Shown here one piece after another: positions 26,138 through 32,637 of a DNA stretch of 32,637 bases. The stretch is from Candidatus Dormiibacterota bacterium (GTDB lineage Bacteria; Chloroflexota; Dormibacteria; Dormibacterales; Dormibacteraceae), in assembly GCA_036505515.1 (NCBI GenBank), contig DASXTG010000142.1, positions 1 through 32,637 of the forward strand, written 5' to 3'. The first letter of the stretch is position 1. Each line of letters begins with the position of its first letter. The position numbers and the translations under genes are program-made. The notes beneath the pieces were generated by a model that saw only the letters and a list, made by a program, of their open reading frames with translations, did no database searches and was not told the origin of the DNA.

Positions 26138-26790
26138 ACCGATTCTTGGGCTGCTCGGGCTTTGATCAGGGATAGCGGTTCGTAATCGGGCTTCCATTGT
26201 CTGACGAAGCCGGGAAATCGAGCCTTGATCTCGTCCCACGTCGCCCCTGGCATCAGCTGCTCAAGCGCCGCACGCATCTGGCAGTTGCGGCAGATCCCCA
26301 ATCTCTTGTTCGCCCACGCCCCGCAGCCGCTGATACACGGTTGAAGGTGGTGGTGGCAGGCAAAACAGAGGACCTGCAGGTTCGCGTCGCTGTCGTCGCC
26401 GCCCTGAAGCACCGCCAGCCGGTGATGGACTTGCAGCACTCGGTCCGCGGCCGACGCCCCGCAGACCTCGCAGGCGCCGCCGCGGGCCGCGATCAACGCT
26501 CGCCGGCGCGAGGCCGTCAAAGGCTCGACGCCGGCCCGCCGGTTGTTGGCGGTGAGGACGCGATCGCGGGTGCTGCGGATCCCGACAAATTGCGCAAATT
26601 CGCCGTCCCGGCCGCTCGAGCATCTGCCGCAGAGAACGAGCAGATTGCCTGCCGCGCAGCTCGAATTGTCATCAAGGCGAAATACGTAGAGGCCCCAGCG
26701 CCACTCAAGCCCGCACTCCTCGCACGCCCCCGAGCACCTGCGCTCAAGCGCAACACGAACGCTCGGAGCGAGCCGCAGTCCCCCAAACAT
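26134..26790 (-). CDS. HNH endonuclease with tandem (degenerate + intact) HNH motifs and C-terminal Cys-rich module
   Basis: Second module: CEVCG ... LQVHHRLAVLQGGDDSDANLQVLCFACHHHL, i.e. the full CxxC...HH...N...CxxCH HNH signature. First module: CEECG ... DDNSS...NLLVLCGRC lacks the His pair. A third Cys cluster CISGCG...CRNC follows. Confidence 0.7.
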   Translation of the reverse strand: MFGGLRLAPSVRVALERRCSGACEECGLEWRWGLYVFRLDDNSSCAAGNLLVLCGRCSSGRDGEFAQFVGIRSTRDRVLTANNRRAGVEPLTASRRRALIAARGGACEVCGASAADRVLQVHHRLAVLQGGDDSDANLQVLCFACHHHLQPCISGCGAWANKRLGICRNCQMRAALEQLMPGATWDEIKARFPGFVRQWKPDYEPLSLIKARAAQESV

Positions 26791-26865
26791 GCGTTTGGCT
26801 CGAGACCATGGTAGCGCCGATTGGCGGGTGATGCCGCTTACGATTCAGTGCCGAAAAGCAAAGAG

Positions 26866-27795
26866 ATGCCGAACGCAATCTGGACCGGCTCGCTGTCGCT
26901 CGGCCTGGTGGTGGTGCCGGTGCGCCTCTACCCGGCCATTCACAAGAAGACCGTGCGCTTCCACGAGCTCGATCAGGTCGGCCGCCGGGTGCGGCATGTG
27001 CGCGTCTCCGAGCCTGAGGTTGAGTTCGAACCTGCGAGTCGTGGTCCTGAGCTGCTCTTGCCGGAATCGGGGCAGGCTTCCCAACGTGAATCGTCTGGTC
27101 GACCTACGCCAATCTATGAGGCGCCCACCTCAGAAGTCTCATTTGAGGAAATTCGCAAGGGCTACGAGGTCGCGCCCGGAGAGTACGTGAGCATGGCGCG
27201 CGATGAAGTAGCCGCGTTGGCGCCCGAGCGCAGCCGAGTCATCGATGTCCAGCAGTTTGTGGACGTGTCCGCGGTGGATCCGATCTACTTCGAGTCGCGC
27301 TACTACGTGGTGCCGGATCGGGAGTGGTCTTCACCATTCCGAGTGCTCCGTCAGGCGATGGCTGCCGCGAACCGGATGGCGCTTGCGTGGTTCACGCTGC
27401 GTTCACGGCGCTACCTGGGCGCGGTTCGTCCCCTTGGCGATGTGATGTTGCTGACCACCATGGTCCATGCCGATGAGGTCGTGGCCGCCGATTTCTGGAT
27501 TCCTGATGCGGATGCGGCTCCGACCGACAAGGAACTGAACATGGCGCGACTGCTCATCGACACCCTGTCAGGCCCGTTCGAGCCCGAGCGCTTCCCGGAC
27601 GAGCATCGGCAGCGTCTGCTGCACGCGATCGAGGCGAAAACCAAGACGATGCCTGCAGAGCCGGCATCTCCATCACCGACACGCGTGCTCGACCTGATGG
27701 CGGCGCTGGAAGCCAGCGTCACGGCTGCCAAGGCCGCGCGCGCCGAGCAAGATCGGCGATCGAAAACTCAACGCCGGCGATCAAGCGGCGCATAA
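26866..27795 (+). CDS. ku: Ku protein (bacterial NHEJ DNA-end-binding protein)
   Basis: N-terminus MPNAIWTGSLSLGLVVVPVRLYPA. Core blocks SRVIDVQQFVDVSAVDPIYFESRYYVVPD and ANRMALAWFTLRSRRYLGAVRP. Basic C-terminal tail. Clear similarity to mycobacterial Ku. The region corresponding to the Mtb Ku Cys-containing loop (CEAC) is replaced here by a ~65-aa Cys-less Glu/Pro/Ser-rich insertion. Confidence 0.9.
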   Translation: MPNAIWTGSLSLGLVVVPVRLYPAIHKKTVRFHELDQVGRRVRHVRVSEPEVEFEPASRGPELLLPESGQASQRESSGRPTPIYEAPTSEVSFEEIRKGYEVAPGEYVSMARDEVAALAPERSRVIDVQQFVDVSAVDPIYFESRYYVVPDREWSSPFRVLRQAMAAANRMALAWFTLRSRRYLGAVRPLGDVMLLTTMVHADEVVAADFWIPDADAAPTDKELNMARLLIDTLSGPFEPERFPDEHRQRLLHAIEAKTKTMPAEPASPSPTRVLDLMAALEASVTAAKAARAEQDRRSKTQRRRSSGA

Positions 27796-27807
27796 CCAGA
27801 CGCGGCG

Positions 27808-28050
27808 ATGTTCGAGATTACCGAGAGCGAATTAGCGTTGATACTGGAGGCTCTCGACGACGCCGCGTTCTATCGCGACACTCGCTCTCGGGTGCTCAAG
27901 AGCGCGGTGAACAAGAGAAACCGCCGCTCGTCATCGTCTGAAAACCAGTTGACAAACGCAACGAATCAAGAGGCCGCTGGCGCCGACATACATCGAGGCA
28001 AGGCGCAAGCCTATGAGGCGCTGGGCATCAAGCTGAGGCGCGGGCGATAG
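27808..28050 (+). CDS. hypothetical 80-aa protein coupled to ku
   Basis: Starts 12 nt after the ku stop with no own SD. N-terminal helix (ITESELALILEALDDAAFYRD) then a basic/Ser-rich tail. Sits in a ~275-bp segment with visibly lower GC (about 55%). Confidence 0.45.
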   Translation: MFEITESELALILEALDDAAFYRDTRSRVLKSAVNKRNRRSSSSENQLTNATNQEAAGADIHRGKAQAYEALGIKLRRGR

Positions 28051-28070
28051 TACGCACAGAGGAATAGGCG

Positions 28071-28562
28071 ATGAGTCCAATTGTTCTCTTTGGAATTCAA
28101 TTCACGCTGAGCCTGGCCGCCTACGCGCTCATAGCGTGGTGGTATGTCGTGCCCCGCCTTTCGAGACTTCCGCGCGAGGTGGCGCTGGTGCCGCTCCTGT
28201 GGGTCCACGCCTTTCGCATAGTCGGCGGCACGATCCTGGCTCCCGGCGCCGTCGATGCCGCGGTACCCGCCGAATTCCGCATGATGATCGGATATGGCGA
28301 CATCGTCACCGCACTAATCGCCCTGGTTGCCTTGGTCGCCCTTCGCCTTCGTCTGTCTGCTGCCATCCCACTCGTCTGGCTTTTCCTCACGGTCGGGTCG
28401 CTCGACACCGTGAACGCGATCATTCAGTCGATGCGGTTCAGCGTCTTCACGCACGGGCTTGGCGTGAACTGGGTGATTGTCACGATCTACGTGCCGGCGC
28501 TTGTGGTGAGCAGCGTTCTGATCTTCATCCAGCTTCGTAGGCCAAGCAACTCCAAGATCTAG
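28071..28562 (+). CDS. hypothetical integral membrane protein (4-5 TMs)
   Basis: 163 aa. ATG preceded by GAGGAA with good spacing. Several hydrophobic helices. No recognisable family. Confidence 0.6.
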   Translation: MSPIVLFGIQFTLSLAAYALIAWWYVVPRLSRLPREVALVPLLWVHAFRIVGGTILAPGAVDAAVPAEFRMMIGYGDIVTALIALVALVALRLRLSAAIPLVWLFLTVGSLDTVNAIIQSMRFSVFTHGLGVNWVIVTIYVPALVVSSVLIFIQLRRPSNSKI

Positions 28563-28610
28563 ATCGGCTGGACGACTCCGACATCCCAGTGGTCGGGGCG
28601 CGGGGATGGA

Positions 28611-29717
28611 CTATGTGGCTTTGGTCACGATCTCGATGATCTCGGTGACCGCTTTGAAGTCCTGCGTCAGCCGGTTTTTGGTCAGTCCGAAGGCGATGCC
28701 GTTCGCGGTGTCCCCGAAGGCGAAGCTGCCACCGGCGCCGCCCACGCCGAAGGCGGTAGGGGATTCCTGAGGGGTGGAGCCGGGGCGGCCGATCGCGTAG
28801 CCGAGCGCCCAGGCCGACGGCATGCCGAAGACCGCGTCCACGCCACTCATCGAAAGCGCGGTGGCTTCGCGCAGCCGACCTGGCGTGATGAGCCGGACAC
28901 CGTCCACCTCGCCGATCAAGGCGGCGTACATGCGCGCGATCGCTCGGGCCGATGTCTTGCCTCCGGCTGGAATGTCGGCAGCCAGTATGTCGGCGCGGTT
29001 CCCAAGCTCGGCGGTCGGGTACAGCGACATCGGGCCCGCCTTGAACATCGGAAGGTCGGGCGGCAGCTCAGGCATCTGCCCGGAGCTGTTCTCCGCGTCC
29101 TCCAATCGCGCCAACCGGTGCTGCTCCGATGCCGGCATGCCGAAATAGAGCTCGTCCGCTACCCCGAGCGGACCGGAAACGTCGTCGCGAAGGACCAGCG
29201 AGATCGGCTTGCCGGTGGTGCGGCGAACGATCTCTCCGACGATGTAGCCGAACGTGTAGGCGTGGTAGCCGACCTGGGTGCCCGGTTCCCACCAGAGCTC
29301 CTCGTCGGCGATGGACGCACACATCTTGTCCCAGTCGCAGAGATCTTCCACCGTCGTCTGCAGCGGGATGCCCGGCACGCCGGCAGAGTGGTTCAGAACG
29401 TGTCGCAGAGTCACGGTCTGTTTGCCGTGCGCGCCGAACTCTGACCATAGATCTGCGACTGCCGTGTCGTATGTGAAGAGGCCGCGATCGGCAAGCACGT
29501 GGATGATCGTGGCAGCAGCACCCTTTACGATCGAGAAGTTGTAGAACGGCGTGTCCGCAGTAACCGCCCGACCCGATTCAGGGTCCGCCTGGCCCGCGAC
29601 GGCGTCGACGACCAGCTCGCCGCGCCTGTATACCGCGACCTGCATACCGCGTTCGGCCCCAGAGTCGACCATGCGGTCGATTGCGGACTGGACCTGCTGA
29701 TGAACATCGGCTGACAT
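28611..29717 (-). CDS. serine hydrolase, beta-lactamase/transpeptidase-like family (class C / EstB-type esterase)
   Basis: SxxK active-site motif (FSIVKGAAAT), the YxN-like region and an HxG-type box. Start is set at ATG 29717, preceded by AGGAGAAG. Confidence 0.8.
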   Translation of the reverse strand: MSADVHQQVQSAIDRMVDSGAERGMQVAVYRRGELVVDAVAGQADPESGRAVTADTPFYNFSIVKGAAATIIHVLADRGLFTYDTAVADLWSEFGAHGKQTVTLRHVLNHSAGVPGIPLQTTVEDLCDWDKMCASIADEELWWEPGTQVGYHAYTFGYIVGEIVRRTTGKPISLVLRDDVSGPLGVADELYFGMPASEQHRLARLEDAENSSGQMPELPPDLPMFKAGPMSLYPTAELGNRADILAADIPAGGKTSARAIARMYAALIGEVDGVRLITPGRLREATALSMSGVDAVFGMPSAWALGYAIGRPGSTPQESPTAFGVGGAGGSFAFGDTANGIAFGLTKNRLTQDFKAVTEIIEIVTKAT

Positions 29718-29744
29718 GTGTTCTTCTCCTGTCCGCAAGCCTGG

Positions 29745-31181
29745 CTAGGCCGCGGCCTCGCATTCGATGCAGGCCGCCGGCATCTCAGCGGACTCTCGTG
29801 TCCGCAACAGCCACACCGCCAGGGCGGTGGTGGCGACCACGACGCACGCTCCAACCAGCCAGGCGAGGTGATACCCGCCGGCCAACGCGCTCGGGATGGC
29901 GGAGCCGTTGTGGATCAGCTCGACGCTGCGAGCACCGGCCAGCGTGGTGAGCACGGCCAGTCCAAAGGCACCACCGACTTGACCTGTCGTGTTCAGCAGG
30001 CCCGACGCGAGTCCTGAATCCATCGGATGCACGCCGGCCATTGCGATCATTGTCAGTGCTGGGAACGACAGCCCGCCGCCCAGCCCGAGCAAGGCCATCG
30101 GGACCAGCAGGTGAGTCATGTAGTTGGGGCTGGTGGGTCCGAATCCAACCATGGCCAGGGCAGCGGCCACCACCACCTGGCCGGCGATGAGCATCGCCCA
30201 GGCGCCGAATCGCCCGATCAGCTGCGCCGAAAGCCGGATCGAGAACAGCGCCATTACCACCGCGACCGGGAGAAAGGCGAGACCGATCGCCATCGGCCCA
30301 TAGCCGAGAACCTGCTCGAGGTCCAGTGAACCGAGGAAGAAGAACCCGAAGAACGCTGTCGTCATCAAGGCCTGGACGAGGTTGGTGCCCACGACCTGCC
30401 GCGAGCGGAAGATGCGCAGCGGCAGGATCGGGTTGTGCGCAGCAGCCTGGCGGGCCACGAATCCCACCAGCAGTCCGGCACTGGCGGCACCGAGGACCAA
30501 TGTGCGTGGCGAGCCGAGTCCGAACTCGGAGGTCTGGACGATCGTGTACACGCCGAGCATCAGCCCGGCCGTGACCATCACGGCGCCCAGAACGTCAGCC
30601 CCCTTGCCGAGTCCGATTCCCTCGTCTGACTCGAGGAGTCGCGCGGCCAGCACGGCCGTGGCGATGCCGATCGGCAGGTTGACGAAGAAGATCCAGTGCC
30701 AGCTGACCGCGGCTGTGATCAAGCCGCCCACCAGCAACCCCACCGCCGCGCCGGCTGATGCGACGAAGCTGAAGATGCCGAAGGCCTTGGCCCGTTCGAC
30801 GGGCTCGGGGAACAGGGTCACGATCATGGCCAGGATGACCGCCGAGCTAGCAGCGCCGCCGATTCCCTGGAGGAATCGGGCAGCGATCAGGATCGGCTGG
30901 GCGAACGACAGGCCGCAGAGAAGGGATGCGCCGGTGAAGACGACGAGGCCGATAAGAAAGATGCGCTTGCGCCCGACCAGATCCCCCAGGCGTCCGGCGA
31001 GCAGAAGGAGGCCGCCGAAAGCGATCAGGTAAGCGTTTACGACCCAGGCCAGCCCCGACTGCGAGAACCCGAGGTCGTTCTGGATCGAGGGCAGGGCAAC
31101 GTTGACGATGGTCATATCGACCACGATCAAGAGGAAACCAGTGCACAGGACTAGCAGCGAGAGCCACCGTGAGGTCTTCAT
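29745..31181 (-). CDS. MFS transporter, DHA2 (EmrB/QacA-like, 14-TMS) family
   Basis: 478 aa. MFS motif A-like GRLGDLVGRKR between TM2 and TM3. 14 hydrophobic segments. N-terminus LLVLCTGFLLIVVDMTIVNVALPSIQNDL typical of DHA2 drug:H+ antiporters. Confidence 0.85.
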   Translation of the reverse strand: MKTSRWLSLLVLCTGFLLIVVDMTIVNVALPSIQNDLGFSQSGLAWVVNAYLIAFGGLLLLAGRLGDLVGRKRIFLIGLVVFTGASLLCGLSFAQPILIAARFLQGIGGAASSAVILAMIVTLFPEPVERAKAFGIFSFVASAGAAVGLLVGGLITAAVSWHWIFFVNLPIGIATAVLAARLLESDEGIGLGKGADVLGAVMVTAGLMLGVYTIVQTSEFGLGSPRTLVLGAASAGLLVGFVARQAAAHNPILPLRIFRSRQVVGTNLVQALMTTAFFGFFFLGSLDLEQVLGYGPMAIGLAFLPVAVVMALFSIRLSAQLIGRFGAWAMLIAGQVVVAAALAMVGFGPTSPNYMTHLLVPMALLGLGGGLSFPALTMIAMAGVHPMDSGLASGLLNTTGQVGGAFGLAVLTTLAGARSVELIHNGSAIPSALAGGYHLAWLVGACVVVATTALAVWLLRTRESAEMPAACIECEAAA

Positions 31182-31465
31182 GCCCGATTAGACGACCGAC
31201 CATGGGCAGACTCATCGCACTCAAGCTGCGCCGCGGTCGAATCTGCCTCGACCGATGAGTTTCGGGCGTTCGATTCGTCTAACCATCGATGGCGAGCCGT
31301 CCGATGATCTGCGACTGCGCGCGGATCACAGACCCGGAGCTGGCGACTATCGACGCTCTGGCCCGGCTCAACCTCGCTGTGCGGCAACGCGGAGGCGAGC
31401 TCGTCCTCAGGCACGCCAACGCCGAGCTGCTGGACCTGATCTGGTTGGCCGGGTTGGCAGACGTC

Positions 31466-32446
31466 CTAGGCGTCGAGATGGAGCGGAAGGTCGAACAGCG
31501 GGAACAGCCGGGCAGTGTCGAGGAAGAAGGTGAGCTCGGCGATCTCACCATCTGAAAGCTCAAGCACCTGGAGCGCCCAGGGCTCGTAGCCCCCGTTCGG
31601 GTCAGGCTTGTACTGACCGAAGGTTGGCTGCCCGTTGGCGCTGACCGTCGGGATCACCCTGGAGCCGCGGCACCCGATGCCGGGTCCAAACCACCAGGTG
31701 AGGATGTCGTCACGGCCCTTGAGCCACATGTCGTAGGGCGGCATTGATTGCCTGGCGTCCTTCTGAATCAGGGCTGTCAGCGCGCTGATGTCATATCGCT
31801 CGAACGCAGCGACGTAACGCTCCAGCAATGCGTTGTCCGCGGCGCTCAACTGCCGGGCTGTGTCTGTCGAGCTGACGTTGCTCCGGGCAAGCGTGGCGCG
31901 GGCGCGCTGGAGGGCGCTGTTCACAGAGGGCACCGACATGTCCAGGAGCTCGCCGACTTCCGTGGCGTGCCAGCTGAGCACGTCACGCAGGATGAGGACC
32001 GCCCGCTGGCGGGCTGGAAGGTGCTGCAGCGCGGCCACAAACGCCAGCCGGATCGACTCGTTCGCGATCACCACATCTGCAGGATCGCGCTCAAACGCGA
32101 CGAGCGGCTGCGGGATCGGTTCAAGCCAGGACACCTCCGCGGGCACGTTGAGGTTGGCTTCGATGGGTTCGCAAGAAGGTCCGACGTCCATCGGCCTGAT
32201 ACGCCGCTCTTTGCTTTTCAGCATGTCCAGGCAGACGTTGGTTGCGATCCGGTAGAGCCATGAGCGCATCGCCGCGCGGCCCTCGAAACTTTCGCGGCGC
32301 CGCCAGGCGCGCGCGAACGCTTCTTGAACGGCATCCTCGGCATCGAACGGCGATCCGAGCATGCGGTAGCAGTAAGCGGTCAGCTGCCGGCGATGCTGCT
32401 CGAGCTCCCCGAAGTCCTGCGCAACGGAAACTGTGGGCGACTCCAC
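31466..32446 (-). CDS. ECF-type sigma-70 family factor with C-terminal SnoaL-like/NTF2 extension (SigJ / ECF41-56-like)
   Basis: Sigma2 region (DAEDAVQEAFARAWRRRESF ... WLYRIATNVCLDMLK). Sigma4 HTH (LPARQRAVLILRDVLSWHATEVGELLDMSVPSVNSALQRAR). A ~130-aa C-terminal SnoaL_2-like domain follows (RYVAAFERYDISALTALIQKD...). GTG start. Confidence 0.85.
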   Translation of the reverse strand: MESPTVSVAQDFGELEQHRRQLTAYCYRMLGSPFDAEDAVQEAFARAWRRRESFEGRAAMRSWLYRIATNVCLDMLKSKERRIRPMDVGPSCEPIEANLNVPAEVSWLEPIPQPLVAFERDPADVVIANESIRLAFVAALQHLPARQRAVLILRDVLSWHATEVGELLDMSVPSVNSALQRARATLARSNVSSTDTARQLSAADNALLERYVAAFERYDISALTALIQKDARQSMPPYDMWLKGRDDILTWWFGPGIGCRGSRVIPTVSANGQPTFGQYKPDPNGGYEPWALQVLELSDGEIAELTFFLDTARLFPLFDLPLHLDA

Positions 32447-32524
32447 AATGGTGATTCTAGATAGCCAACTGTCGAGCCCGGATCACCCGTCCCTTGATCT
32501 GTGAACCAACTGTTCGATTCGCGA

Positions 32525-32637
32525 TCATGCGAGCACCGCACGACCCTTGTGCCGGTAGGTGAGTGCGATCACGCCGGTGCCGAACGTCTCCGTCTCGGCC
32601 AGGGAGAGCAGCGTCGGATCCACGCCATCCTTGAAGA
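32525..32637 (-). CDS. 3' end of an unidentified gene running off the window (…FKDGVDPTLLSLAETETFGTGVIALTYRHKGRAVLA*)
   Basis: Open frame with high GC3 ending in TGA about 78 nt upstream of the sigma factor gene, on the same strand. Identity cannot be determined from 36 aa. Confidence 0.3.
   Translation of the reverse strand, partial: FKDGVDPTLLSLAETETFGTGVIALTYRHKGRAVLA

Overview
This 32.6 kb window is high-GC (about 68-70%) and reads as chromosomal DNA from an Actinobacteria-like genome. The gene content points that way: an F420-type LLM oxidoreductase, Ku, a SigJ-type ECF sigma factor, PPK2, a DUF3052 domain, frequent GTG/TTG starts and leaderless-looking promoters. The first ~23.5 kb is densely packed metabolic and housekeeping-accessory genes. 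In order: MBL hydrolase; a PPK2-CBS operon; an MtnA + class II aldolase pair; a TetR-regulated membrane protein with a palindromic operator; a DUF3052::PlsC-type acyltransferase fusion; TPP-dependent dehydrogenase E1 alpha/beta; a galactose-mutarotase-like protein; a quinone oxidoreductase; a 653-aa flotillin/SPFH protein; an EamA transporter; a PaaI thioesterase-membrane protein-Hsp70-NBD operon; GNAT; F420 LLM oxidoreductase; TatA; an operon of two tandem GMC oxidoreductases plus a SnoaL-like cyclase; and an orphan sensor histidine kinase. From ~23.5 kb on, the content changes in character. It starts with an AbrB-like gene divergent from a self-contained micro-unit (palindromic operator, promoter, leaderless 55-aa ORF, textbook intrinsic terminator). 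A tRNA-His/Ala/Glu cluster follows, then a stand-alone RtcB RNA ligase. Next comes an HNH nuclease with tandem degenerate and intact HNH motifs, translationally coupled (ATGA) to a small membrane protein. Divergent from it is Ku with a coupled 80-aa ORF in an AT-richer patch; no LigD is present in the window. The window ends with membrane proteins, a serine hydrolase, a DHA2 MFS transporter and an ECF sigma factor with a SnoaL-like C-terminal extension. I found no CRISPR array and no recognisable transposase or integrase. The most interesting candidates for an undescribed system are the tRNA-adjacent RtcB/HNH-membrane/Ku-small-ORF block and the PaaI-membrane-Hsp70(NBD, Cys4 insert) operon. Local coordinates for non-ORF features may be off by 1-2 nt.
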